A stretch of DNA of 64,000 nt from Azolla caroliniana. Lineage: Eukaryota > Plantae > Polypodiophyta. A model generated the notes under the pieces. That model did no database searches, was not told the DNA's origin, and saw nothing but the letters and a program-made list of their open reading frames with translations. The stretch is taken from NCBI GenBank assembly GCA_043228905.1, contig JBHGNT010000018.1, positions 2,604,001 to 2,668,000 on the forward strand, given 5' to 3'. The number at the start of each line of letters is the position of its first letter. Position 1 is the stretch's first letter. Below, one piece after another: positions 12,601-26,149 of the stretch. A program made the position numbers and the translations under genes.

Positions 12601-15600
12601 TACCGTAAGGCCCGCACAGGTGTCCGACCACCAAGATCTCCGACTGTCCGAAGGCCGACTTTTCCTCGGAGAAGGTGAGCCTCGCGCACTCTAGCCTCTA
12701 CAGCACCTTCTCGCAGTCATCGATGTGGGACGCCACGAAATTCCGACATCCGTACGGCCAGATTGCCTCGTCCCTTTTCTCCACCGGGCATCCCTTGATC
12801 GGGATGTCGTCTAAGATCGGCATGGTGATGTCCGGGATACAATCCCTGAGCACTTTGTTCATTGCGTTCACCATGTGAGCCACTGAGTTCATCCCTCCTT
12901 GTGGCAGGGTACACATCCGCACTAGGCCGAGAGGAGTCCGCATCGTCATGATGTCTCTACTCTCCACGGCTAGTTGGAACTGATCGTACCCCGAGTACAG
13001 GTCACCGACGGAATAGATCGACCTTCCAGCGAAGGCCTCCGCGAACTCGTCTATTGTCGGTCCGATCCCTGCGTTACGGATGGTCACCTTGTTGACCGGT
13101 TGTAGGTCCTGGATGAAGCGTAGCGTGCCGTTCTTCTTCGGCACCGTAAACCACCGATTCGAATACAAGGCACTCGACGGTTCGAGGATGCCCATCTCCA
13201 CCTTTTGCTTTAGGAGCTCCAACAACTTTGGGATGTGAGCTCTTGGCACCGGAATCGGCTTGAGATTCCACGGTACATGCGGTACCGTGAAGATCACCAT
13301 CAGTTCAACAACTGTCGGGTCTACGCACCCGATCTCCTCCGATGAGAATGCGAAAGCCTTCCCGTGCCTTCTGAGCATTCTCCGAAACCGGTCCTCCTCC
13401 GTCGGTAGTAGGAAGCCGCCCCCACCGACCTTGAGCTCCCGTAGCGTTATGTCGGTGAACCGGTGCCCTATGCCAACCGGACTCCGTAAACTTGGGTCCG
13501 ACGCGACCCCTTTCATCCACTCCTCGCTACCCTCAGGCAAGGGTGCCGCGACTGGCCTCACCTTCCGGTCCACAGTCTTGTATTTCGTATCCACGCGGGC
13601 CGTCCGATCCGACCCGATCCTTTCCCCGAAGTCCGCGATGACTTCGTACATTCCCATCGATCCTACCGGAACGGTCCGGTCTTCTCTAAGGTCTTCATCG
13701 ATCACCTTTCGTAGTTCGCCCAAGGTGTCGTCAAAAGAGACCGCCTCCATGGCGCCGCTGATGTCTTCGTCGGGGAAGAGGACTCTGCATCCCTTGAGCC
13801 GCTCCTCCGCTCGCTTCCTCTCCCGGCCGCTGACGCTGGTTATAGTACAACCTCCGTTGTCGGAGAACCAAAACTTCCTACCCATGGTACAAGTCTTCTT
13901 CCGTACTCTACATTTGTGGGGTTGTTCCCGGGAGTACGGACTATCGTGGCCCCACGCCTTGATAGCCCTCTCTAAAAATCCCCTCGAGCTTCGTTGTCGA
14001 GGGCCTCGCGGTTACGCTCGTGGTTTGGTCTCACCGTTAGGAACTGGACCGAGTGGCGCCCATCCTGGCTTTTGACTCTTGCATAAGCTGAACCGTTGTC
14101 CAACACCTTGGTCTCCATCCGTGCCACCGTGATATATGGCTCTCCTAGTATAACCGGATGCGAAGAACTACTAGTCGATCTCGACATCGCCGATTTTCAC
14201 CCGTACGTTCGGACAGGCCCCATGTAGTTCTTCCATGGCGCACGTCGCTGCCCGTATCTTCCAGCCGTGCTTGGTGTTGATCGGCCATTTACCCTTCTTG
14301 TAGAACTCCATGGACATCAGGTTGATTTCGGATCCATGGTCTACCAACACCACCACCGGTTCCAGAACGTTGCCGATCCGTACGGGGGTTTCCGTAGTCG
14401 CCCTGGCCCAATGCGGCTTCATGTAGTGGCTTCCCACCAACTCGTCTTCCATGGCTTCGTCATCCAGGTGCGTGGTCCGCACCTCCACCGGCTTCTCCAG
14501 TTCCGGCTCCGTCGAGAGCCTCTTACGGTTCACCAAGTCTACAATAGAGTCGTGGAACTCCCTCTTGGCGATCCCCAGCACCTCCCGCAACGACAACTCC
14601 ACTTTACTGTCGAGGATTCGCTCTTCAAGGACCTTCCGTAGGTCCGTTGCTCTCTCGATTTCGGTGCTCAACCGAAACCCCGCCTGCTTCTTCCCATCCG
14701 ACACACCTGGGTGGCCGGCACTGGTCGGTTTCGGTCCGAACCGGGTCTCATACCTCGGGGGGCCGACCCCTCCGGCCTTTCCTGCCCGTTTGTCCTCCAC
14801 CAGAACCTCGTAGTTCTGGCAAGTGGCTTCTACGAAGCCCGTTTTCTCTTCCACCGGATCGTCCCAACCGGTGACCTCCTGGACCCGTTGTTCCGCGCAG
14901 TCCGCCTCTTCCCTCCTCAGCCGAACTCCGGAGAGGCCTTCCAGCACTAGCGGCCAGAATCCGGAGTCCTTCGCCTTCCGGGTCTCATCACCCCCGACCC
15001 GAATTCTTGCCGACACTGAGTAGTTAACGACTTCAACGTGCCGTGTCGCAGCCTCTTCCATCAACCTCTTCATGCCGCCGCACCCCGTATTCAGTTCCAA
15101 GGCTCTCCGGGTCTCGCTCGCGTGCACCCGCCCGTTCCAGAGGTACACCACGTTGGTCCTGAGCGCGTCGGCGAAGTCCGCGCAGTCCTTCCAAATGTGA
15201 CCGATCGCGTCACACCACATGCACCGCTGCCCAGCCGGCGGCCTCCGGTCGCGAGGTTGTTCACCGCTGTCTCTTCGAGCCTGTGCGATTTGCAGGTCGC
15301 GCACCATCTATGTTAGCTCCTCCAAAGCCGCTCCTCCGGACGGGCCTCTGACCACGTCGTTCGATGCCGACCCCGACTCCGGCCAGATTCGGGTCTCTTC
15401 CTTCCTCCCAGCTGGCACCAAAACCGGCTCCTCGAGCCTCCTCCCCGGGACCGGCCCCGACCCCGACGCGCTTCCGTCGCTCCAATTGCGCCGTTTGTCG
15501 AAACGGCTGCAGACCCGTTTTACCACGGCTGAATCCGTCGTGAGCCCTTCGTCTGTTTCCAGTAGGGGACCCACCTTTTCCCTATCGAGCGCATCCACTG

Positions 15601-16766
15601 ACTTGACAAATAGCAGCACTCGACTCGTTTCGAGCACCGTCCGGTCCAGCGTCGACAGCCACGTGAACCGTTTTTCGAACTCCTAGAGGAGCACCGACGT
15701 GTTCCTCCCTTTTTCGGGGCTTTCCACCCACGCCATGAAGTCCCGCCTCGACAATCGGAGCGAGTCGTCAAACCCGTACTTCTCGAGGAGCTGCAGCTCG
15801 AACTCCTCCCAAGTCTGGCATCCGGCCAGCACCTCGAGCACCTCCGCATGGATGCCCGGCGTCACCACCCGAGGGAATCCGGACAGCCGCCTGTCCACCG
15901 GGATATCCCTCATGATCATTTCGGCCCGGTAAGCCTCCAAATAACTTGTGGCGTCTTTCCCTCCGAAACGGCCTATAGAGCCGACGATCAATTCAATGGC
16001 TCTATCGAGGGTACCCGTTCCCTCACGAGCACTCACCAGTCGGTCGACGACCACCGCTATCGCCTCTACTAGCTCCGATCCCCTCATCTTTCAACTCCTT
16101 TGCCGCCCTTTTCACGTCGGGTTCACCAAATATGTCGCGTTATTACGTGCGTACGTGTAGAAAGGGGCAGGACCACGGGGGTCTTGGACCGAGGAGCGAG
16201 AGAGAGAGATCCAGAGAGAGAGAAAGATTCACTGACACATAGAAGTGAGGAAGAGAGAAACAGAACGTAACACTTAATTATAATGATAGAGATTACAAAC
16301 TCCGACAGTTACAACCGACAAAGCGGCGACGGGCCCGACACGGGGACCCTACTCACGCACACCGACGACGGTCACCGACTCCAAGAAACAAAAGGGAAAG
16401 GGGAGCGACTCTGCTGGAAGCACACGGGTTGTCCACGAAGCAGAGGCAGCGACCTCCCGACACCCGCTGAGAGCAACGATTCCTCCTCCAAGAGAGAGAG
16501 CTCCTCTTCGAATCTGCAACAACCTCTTTCTTCCTCCTCCCACGCAATATCCTTCTCTCTTGTCAAGTTCCTTTTTATTCCCTGTCCTCCCCTCCGTCTG
16601 ACAGAGATACGCACAATCCCCTGATAAATGCGTGCCGCCTCGTATTTCACCCACCGATCCGTTTATGAATCGGGTACAAAATATCAAGTTACGCGTCCAT
16701 CCGTGTAAGAGCCGGTTCACGCGCCTTTCTCTCCGAATCTGCCTATGGCCGATTTTCTTCACGACA

Positions 16767-17211
16767 GCATCGCTGCTTTTCTTCTTCGGATAATGGCCCT
16801 CGACGACGTGTAGTGTCAGTCTTAAGACTTTTAGCCACCATTGTATATTCTCTTCACATAATACATATCTTTCTTATCATCACTCTCTCCCTCTCTCTCC
16901 CTCTCTCTTTCTCTCTATCTCGCTCACTTCTTCCTTCTCTCAAAGAAGTTCTACACCTCTCATAGTACTAATTCCTTCTCTGTCTTAGTATTGTTCCTGA
17001 CAGTTTGAACCAATTTGGTTCAACATAATGCCTAGTGCCCTCTTTTATAGTGTTCTCAAGAATAATCCTGAAGCTTCTAGAATGTTCTAGAGAGATCCAT
17101 GATAAGCATAAATGAAAATAATATTTTATGTATTACAATTCATAGTCTAATGGTAAGAGCTTGACCCATGTAGCATAAGGTCATGGGTTCGAGTCTTGCC
17201 ATATCATGACA
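16767..17211 (-). mobile_element. Remainder of element C: gag stub (DTTRRRGPLSEEEKQR) joined directly to a probable LTR (16814-17211)
   Basis: The gag frame continues across B's TSD. 16814-17211 has TGTCA...TGACA termini and a TATA-like element on the minus strand. No PBS or gag N-terminus lies between the LTR and the stub. Confidence 0.6.
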
Positions 17212-17779
17212 CATAGAGCCCATATATGTGTCCACAATCAACAACGTGCTCCCGAGCAACTTAAGTCACATCCTCTTTAATGTGAGGTGGAACATTGGGG
17301 CACAAGTGATAGACTTGTTGACCATGCACATTTTGTGTTAGAACAAGTTCATGAGTTCGTGTATCGTACTCTACTCAATTCTCCAACTTTGGTCACATGA
17401 GTTAGTGTACCTCAGATTCTCAATCTAGACATATCCACACGTTTCTCTAGTAGTCATTACGAGAATTATCTACCGTTCTTAATTACAACATTCATTATAA
17501 GAATTCATGAACACTATTCTTATTTCAGAGCACATAACAACATAACTTGTTGATAAACATAATAATTCTTTTCTTTGTTGGAAAAGGATGTTGCTATGGG
17601 AGGAAGAAGTGTTCCTACGGTGTGATAGGGAGATATTTATATATTTCTATTCAAAGTAATCTGTATTGTTTGATACTTTTCGGCAATTTTTGTTACTTAC
17701 CTAATGGACTATGAAGCAGTGTCGTTGGACATGATAAGTGATGTTGTTGGTGGAAATCAAGGACATGGCAAGCCAAATT

Positions 17780-18640
17780 TGGTGCCGATTAGCGAAATGG
17801 CGAGTGGTTGTTGTGGACGTAAGAAGCAAATTCTTTTTGAGCGATAACGATGAGTGTAGATGGTGTGGGGGTTGAAGCATATTATTATGAACAAGAATTT
17901 GGTGGTAATCGGCGAGAGGGTTGATGTGGAATTAAGAAGCAAAATTCATTTGAGGGATAAGGAGTGAAGATGGTGTGGGGTTTGAAGCATAATATCATGA
18001 GTTGGTGAGGGAGATTTTTACACTAATATGTTTGTTGTCTATATGTCAGGATGCTTGATGGAATCTGAAAATGGACAGATGGTTGATGTTGAAAACGAAG
18101 CAGATTTTCTATAAAGATGGTGTTGGAGGGTGAAGCAGATTTTTATGAGTGTCTGAGGAGAGTGATTCATTCGATTTTTTGATGGTGTAGGGGCTTAAGC
18201 ATACTTTCATGAGGGGAGAAGGAGAGCACATTGGATGTTGTTCATCGCGTCTTCCAATCTCAAGGACCTTCATAGTAAAAGATGACATTGTTGATATGGA
18301 CAATGACGCACATTATCTATTTCTGACAAGGATGAGTGACGATGGTGTTGGGGGGAGAAGCATAATTTCATGAGGGGATCCGGAGAGTAGTGTCATTATG
18401 TTTTTTGTATGTATAGGGCTTTGGTGGTCTACAGCGAGAGATGGTTGAGGTGGACTTTGGTGGTAATCGGCTAGATGTTGTATGGGGAAAATAAAACAGA
18501 TTCTTTGTTTGATAAGGATGAGTCATGAGGTTGGCGAGGGTTGAAGCATACTTCACGATGGGAGAGTAGACTCTTTTTCTTTTTTTCTTTTGTTTTATGA
18601 GTGTTGATGGTGTGGACTTGGAAGCATTTTCTTGAGGGTC
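17780..18640. repeat. Degenerate tandem repeat array
   Basis: Recurrent motifs GATGGTGTGGGGTTGAAGCAT, AAGCAGATTTT and GGTGGTAATCGGC. Confidence 0.55.
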
Positions 18641-18999
18641 GACAACAATACATGTTTTGAAGCTTGGAGATTTTTAATGTTTTTAAGACACAACAACTCA
18701 TGCCAAATGTGTTGCTGTCATCGGAAGACATTGCTTGACTTCAAACATTGGAATTAGTTGATAAACTGATCGCATTACAAGATTTATGAAGCTGGTTGAT
18801 TTTGTTGGCATTTTTGTTGTCAAAGGTTGAGGGGTAATGTGGAAAAATGAAGTTCAAAAAAGTTGGATACTCTGAGATGTTGTTTATATGTTGACTATGG
18901 TCTTCAGTACTTTTGTCTGCAACATGAAGTTTTTAGAAACCATGACAAGGGGCAAAGGAAGATGTGTTTCAGACACTTCTAACTACAAATGTGGCCATT

Positions 19000-20950
19000 T
19001 GGAATGCAATCATGATAAAATGGACTTGTTTTTACATGATGGAGATTTTTTTTCCTTTACATGTGGTCTCCTAGCTTGTTGTGGCTATTGACAAGGGAAA
19101 AAAAATTCACGATGACATTGCGGATATGGCTCTTGTGGATAATGATATGATGGCATTGGGCAATGCTTCGATGGACATGTATGACAAATGTGGTAGGTTT
19201 GGAACAGACAAGGAAGTGTTGGAAAAGTTTGTTTTTCAAGATTTGAATAGCTTGGAATGCACTCATTATAACATATGTCCAACATGGACAAGGCCACAAA
19301 GCATTCGATTCATTTGAATAAGTGCAAAGCATGGGCATTTCTCTGATTTGGATAATGGTATGGCAGGCTCTCATATTCTCCAAAGAGGTTTTCTAGCAAA
19401 GAATAACCATCTTGGAAGTAGTTTAGTATAGATGTATGCAAAATGTGTTGACCTAGTAAAAGTTGAACAAGTATTCACTGAACTACCCAGGAAGACTATT
19501 GTTGCTTGGAATGCGTGTATCACAGGATGCATTCAATGTGGCCAACCTTATGATGCCATAAAATGGATTATTTTATTCCACCTTATGTGTCTTTGCTCAA
19601 GGCTTGCACTATGTTGCAAGATCTTGAGACTATATATACGAAATGCGACTTTTTCGTAGAGGCACTCAATGTGTTCAAAAGACTTCCATTACAGAATATA
19701 GTTTCTTGGAAAACATTGGTTTCAGGATATGCTCGAAATGAGCGTGGGGAGGATGCTCTTATATGCCATTCACGTATGGATTCAAAAGGTATATCTCTTA
19801 ATGTCGTGGCCTTTGTTTGGGGCTTGAAAACATGTGGAAGTAGTTGAGCAGTAGAAAAAGGACAAGAGAGTGCACAATAGTATCTGCAAATAGGGTTTGA
19901 AACATGATCTTGTATGGTTTATTTCCTAAGTGGACAACACTTATCTCAGGGTATGCTGAGCAGGACTACCAGCTTGATCGGTTATATAGTCTTGTGGAAC
20001 ACACTGCTTCCAAGATATGCTGAGTTTGGGCCAATAACAAAGTGCTCCATTGTTTTACACAGATTCAATTAGATGGTTTATTTTCTGAGTGGACAACATT
20101 TATCTAAGGGTAATGTAGTATCTTGGACTACATTAATTTGTGAATATGATGAGTATGATTATGTTGAAGAGCTTCAATATATGCTAATCTAGATGCAAAT
20201 GGAGGGTGTAGCCCCAAATCTTTCAATCATCTCTCATTTTGGTAAAACAAGGGCTCAACAGTTTTGGTCTTAAGTGGTGTGATGGATTTCAATTGTTATG
20301 TTGGCTTCATGCATTTTGGCATTTTCTTGAAGTATACAATCTTTTTGAAGACAACACTTAACTCTCCCTTGACTCAAACATTGGTGTGGACCCATATTGG
20401 CAGTATGGGCAATTTTAAATGGAGATTTAGAAAGAACCATGTCATCCTCGAATGTTTGAAATAGGATTTCAATTGTTGTGTTGGCTTCATGCAGTTTGGC
20501 ATGCTTCTTGAATTATACAATCTTTTTTAAGACACCAATGAACTCTTCTTGGACTCAAACAATGTGTGGGAATCTGAAGAACTTGCTTACTGTGGTATTA
20601 GAGATATGTGGAACATGGATTTAGTGAGACAACACTCTCCCTCTTTGTGCAAATGCAAAGACTTGTGTCACACTTGTTTGCTGCCTAAAAGCATGTGGTA
20701 GCATTAGATCTACATTAGCAGGCAATGAAATTCACAAGGATATTGTACAAAAAGTTGTTGAAATATTTATTTCATTGGCAATACATTAGTAGATATGTAT
20801 GCGAAATGTGGGTCACTTGCCGAGGCACAGGTAGTATTTCACAGGCTTTCAGTCTAGGAACAAGTCTCTTGGAATGCATGATTGCAAGACATGCTGAGAA
20901 TGGGAAATTTGAGGAAATGCTCAATCAATTTTATCAAACGAAGGATCCAT
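19000..20950 (+). pseudogene. PLS-class pentatricopeptide repeat (PPR) pseudogene
   Basis: Fragments GNASMDMYDKCG, LV*MYAKC..VFTELPRKTIVAWNACITG, IVSWKTLVSGYA and TLVDMYAKCG..WNAMIARHA, in shifting frames with stops. Confidence 0.85.
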
Positions 20951-23900
20951 GGCTAGCCATTGTCTTACACAAGATGGGCTTGGGAAGGATAGTCACTTCC
21001 TTTCCAACTATTTTGTATTTTGTCGTTGATATGCCTTTTTTAAACTAATGGAAGGATATGTTGTTTAGAAAGAAAGAAAGAAATTTCATGAACACTAAGA
21101 GTCACTTGCCAAATACCACACACTTTGTGAAAGTGTTTCATATTGGTCCCACATTTTATTTTATCTCCATCCATCCATATGTATGGAGAATTGTGGCACC
21201 CACTTATGCTCCGCATATGTGAAAACAAAAAACAACATCGTTCTTTAAAGAGTTCAAGCTTTCATAAATTTCCAACCAAGTAGTTAAGATAGCAATCCCA
21301 TAAATGCATATATATATATATATATAAGTTATAACTAATTGGAAGTAGTGTAAAATTGTAAATGACTATTGCAAATTGAGAAACACTATACCATTAAGGG
21401 ATGTTGCCTCTTTTGTTTTTTACTCCCACATGTTTTTGGCATGTTGATGCCCGAATCTTCTTCCCTTTACAAGTCAATTGAATCTTGCCCAAATTACAAT
21501 ATATCATTATCCTTTGCAAAAAAAGACCATCTCCTAGGACTCATCAAAAGTGCAAGGTCCACATAGATGCATCAGAAAGAAACTATAATTACTTATTCTA
21601 CAAAATTTGAGACATAGCTCAATTCACATGTATTTCTCACATGGTCTTTAAAACCATCATATCGTCTCACTTCTTTATAGATGTGGATAGCAAATATCGT
21701 TGGGTACAAAACAACAAAGCTAATATATTGCTCTTCAATATCACACATTTATTAGAAAGTGGGTATCAATTGTCACTACCCTAAAATATGGTCAATCAAC
21801 CTCTACATATTAGACCCTTGACTATCAATTACATCATCATGTTCATAACTTTTCATTCGAAATTATGACACATGAATGTTCTTCATCATCTAATCCTTAA
21901 ACAAACTCTTTACCTATATATATGTTTTTACATTCGATAACTTTTGACTCCCTATGTCATCAAAATTATTCTTGTGATATTTAAAGAACACAACCATTGA
22001 CGTCATTTAATCTTCATATGTTTCTCAAGCATTGTAATAATCGCCTTAAATTTGTTCACATCTTTTAAGAGAACTTGTTCGCGGGTTGTCCTAGAAACTA
22101 CAAGGTTCAGGATTTCAAAGTATTAGATTATATGCTCACTTTCAGCAAAGTATATTGTCGTAGATTCCTCGACCTTGATTCTAATAAAATGAAAAACTTT
22201 GGATCGTTTGATGAGCATTTATTTAATTTTTAACACTGATAGAAAATTTTATGTCGAGTCTTTTTAACTTACAAAACCCCAACTCAAGATTCAAGAAGTT
22301 GGTTCCCCTTGGCCTACATCAACAAAGCTCAATGAATCTTTTGTTTATTTTTAATTCCTATAGATGTAATGCCAAAAACATGTTCTTTTACCTAAAACTT
22401 TCAATGTTCGTCAATCATAATTCATTTGATCTCTAGCTCCTAGGTATACATAAAGTTGTTAAAGTGACGCAAAGTGTGGTTACTTGTACAAATATACATG
22501 CGCGTGCATTGGAGATTCTCTTTTTACAAATTTTAATAGATAGCACATAAAGGTGTGGCCTTTTTGTATCTACATATAAACTTATGTCACTAATTCATTC
22601 ATCATTTGTATGAAGGTGGTTCCCTTTTGTGTGCTTGATATTGTTAACTCGCATCGACAACACCTTTACTCGAGCATATATTATGTAGTAATGAGTGTTT
22701 CAGCAAGTCCCATCTATTGTGGATACATTCAAACTTTATACCTAATACTTCAATACTCAATACCCATGCTAATTCAATAACAAGTGCTAAATCGTATGCA
22801 AAGAATTATATTGCTAGTGAAAGCATTACAAAGAAGACATTGATCATGTAACTTACTCAAACCTCAAAGAACAAATCTAATAGCATAAATTTCCAAGGCA
22901 TTCATCTCTATAATAATTATTACAATTTTCATTCGTTTGGATATGCATGATGTGTCTTAAAGAGTTACTTGTGGATTGTCTATTATAGTATTTAATAATA
23001 ACACACTTCTTGTTCAATATTCTCTATTGTGCAAAGACGGATGACATGCCACTATTATTTCTTCGTTATCACAATATCACTTTATGTGACTATCATGGAT
23101 ACATACATGGGGACACATGCATGTTTGCTCTTCGAAATTTGAATAATTGTCGGTTTTAAGTAGTGCCCTAATATATTTCAAATCCTTTGAAAAGTTTTGG
23201 CAGTTATAATAAGCATGTCTTTGGTTCTCTTGAAAGTTGTGTGAACAACAAGTTTTCAAAAAAGAATCAATGCATGTGCTTGGTACTCCAAAGTGTAATT
23301 TCAAGAACTTGACGCTGCAGGTAGGAGCATATTGCTCGATTTAACATCTTTTAAGTTTTAAAATGGATTGTGAGTCGTTTGGTTCTTCACGTCTTTCTCA
23401 TCTTGTGACCCAATATAACAAATGTGTGTAGTAGTAGTTCATGGTTTTTTATATGTGCCATATTATATGTACATATATAAACAAACATATGTATGTATCT
23501 ATGTATCTATGTATGTATATATGTATTTAGGTATGTTTTAGTGTTGATCTCATGGTATGAAAAGTGGGCAAAAGTGAATGTAACATCTTGCATATTATGG
23601 CCCCCGTCCTACAACAACAAAAGGAATGTCACAGAAGCAGTATTCCATTTTTTTAATCTGAGAAAATGTTGATGAAATTTTCCTAAACATGTTGTTTGTG
23701 TAAAGATGGACACAATATCATCACCGACACGAAAGCGTTGTCTTAGTTATATAATATGAATGAAGCATCTCGATCAAGATATATCCTTTTAGTTTTCACA
23801 TAAATAAATACTTACATAAAAAGTTTTCTCTTCAAGTGTCACTTATTTTATCATAGTAAACATATCAATGAGGTGCATTTTTATAAACCAAAGAAAAATA

Positions 23901-26149
23901 CTAAAGTTTTGATCTTTCTTGTTTCTCAAATGTATTTATATCAATGCAAGTCCCCCTCCATATGCAATAGTGGAACAAAACTCATAGACAAAAAACAATC
24001 TACGATCTAAGTCACGTAAAAGTCATCCACACACAGCTCAAACATGTTTTTCCTAGACAAAAAGATGATTCATGATTTAGACCTTCAATCTGTCTTTTAT
24101 GCACAAAATAAATTTCGGGTTGCCATGTACTTTCATCATGTTGTTATGAAGACCATTCTCTTTCGTTTATCAACAAATGTGTGCATCTAAAAAATATGCA
24201 AGAATTTATGGAGAATTTGTTCATTGTTGACAACAATTGCATATATACAAGTTAATCAATAACTTGTGCTAGAAAAGCTAGTCTGCTTTTGATTTGTTTC
24301 ATTCTCCATTGTTTGTCTCATTGGATTGACTTGTTTGTATATTGTTTAATGTCGCCTACACAATGAGGCTAGGTCATTATAAGAAGACATAATGGTCCAT
24401 AAAGGTAGTAACCGTTGCATGTTAAGAAAAAATCATGTGGTCTTCACTTTGAGTTCTGTTCACCATCGAATGTGTGGCTATATCGTTAGGTGGAAAAGGC
24501 ATACATGTGTGGGTAAATGCATAAGTTCAATCCTATTAGAAATCCAATATTAAAAAAATATTCATAATAGACAATTGCTTGTAAAATAGAAAAACACGTG
24601 TATGAGTATTTGAAACTAATTATGGAAAGAGTAAAATAGATTTCTCCCAATTGTCATGCTGAGATGTTCTACAATAGTTTGGCAGAAAGATAGAAAGACA
24701 CGTTTATTTAGCACTTAGAATTTCACAAGAGCCTCATATTTTTACTTCAAAAGTGGTTTTTCCGATCATCTTGAATGCACTCTCTAATATGAACTTTTAT
24801 AATGGATACCCAAGGCTTTCCTTTAATATGTGTGTGGTCTCGAACTTACAAGCCATGACTTTAAAAACCAAGGCATGTTTACTGTTGGTGCATAATGTAT
24901 AATAGAGAAAACAAATCACCTGAATTGTTGTTAGATGTTGTTCATGAACATTCATACAAAGACCACGAATCGGCAATGACTAGTAAAACACATAAGTTCA
25001 ATTTCGTGGTTTAAAGAGGTACCCCACCAATAGTAAGTGTCTGAAGGAAATTAGTTTATCTTTCTAGCAAACAGTGAAGGGCAAATGCACTAGAATTTAA
25101 AACTATGCTCAAGTGTCCCTTCACCTTTCCATCAACTATGTGACTTATCGATTCACATGTATATAATATGATATTTTCGTTCACATGGATATCGACAACA
25201 TATTCATCATCTCCATATTCGAAGTGTCATTACTAGCATATGAGATTCTTTAAATCTTGCACGTGAGGTTTGAATAATTTGTACGGTGTTTATTGCACAC
25301 ATATTCTATCTATTATATGAGCATGCACATCTATGATCCACGAGTCAGACCTTTAAAAAAAAACTATTTATTTGTTTGCCCCTTCAATAATGTTTTTTAT
25401 CTATCATATGAACATGCAATCCACTTCTAAATAATGTAGGACATAAACATACATATAGAGAATAATCAAGTGGGAAATTGTGTCCTTAGTGTGAGAAATG
25501 ATAAGAGGTAAAATGACTCATTGTTAAAGAAATATTGACAATGCCCGAGTAGATAACTTGAAACATCAATTGTGACTGCGATAAACAAGGGTAGAGGAGT
25601 CACTTGATACACCAACAATTGTAAGTCATAGCAAATGAAGGAGCACAGGTTCATATTCTTGGCGAAGGAATGCAACTCAAAGATGAGTTTGACAAAATTT
25701 GTGGAAAAAAAATGTGTGTTTATGATTCACACTAAATATGTACGTGTTTAGTTTACATTCGGAGTCAATCATCATAGCAAGCCATAAACTCATGCAATCC
25801 ATTAGCATATGGTATTTACACAGATGTTTGTAAATCACATCCACTATATATTACTCTTAAGGGTGCAGAGACATGCATATATATAATATGTATATTGGAT
25901 GCATGCATGTGTATTTGTGGTGGATCGAGGGCACAAGCTCAAGGTTCAAGCTTTGTGTTTTTTTTCATAGAGAACACAAAGTGGATGAGGCATGTGAAAA
26001 ATGAACGAATCAAGGGGTAAATGGTTGAGATATGATCTTGTGGTGGTTCATGACTCCAATGGTTTATGGATTAACATATGGATCATATGAATCAAATGAT
26101 ATATGAACAAGTTGGGACAACCTAGTGTTTGGGTTTTTTTCTTCCTTGA

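Larger units (their letters stand above)
2804..16766 (-). mobile_element. Ty3/gypsy element B (non-chromovirus, Phygy/Ylt1-like), full length but pseudogenised. 5' LTR 16133-16766; 3' LTR split into 2804-3361 and 10346-10417; tRNA-Trp PBS 16111-16128; PPT ~10418-10434
   Basis: The LTR copies match and have TG..CA ends. The flanks GCGT (2800-2803) and GCAT (16767-16770) form a 4-bp TSD whose removal restores host gag EEKQRRRTN. Gag-PR spans 16087-13972 (CMWCDAIGHIWKDC, LVDHGSE) and RT/RH/IN spans ~13885-10490, with several stops and frameshifts. Confidence 0.93.

Noticed and set aside
3400-16100. Many overlapping antisense and alternate-frame ORFs in elements A and B
   Set aside because: They are expected by-products of GC-rich coding DNA and have no recognisable motifs.
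21000-26100. Short ORFs in the AT-rich intergenic stretch
   Set aside because: There are no motifs, splice-consistent exons or termini that I can support.
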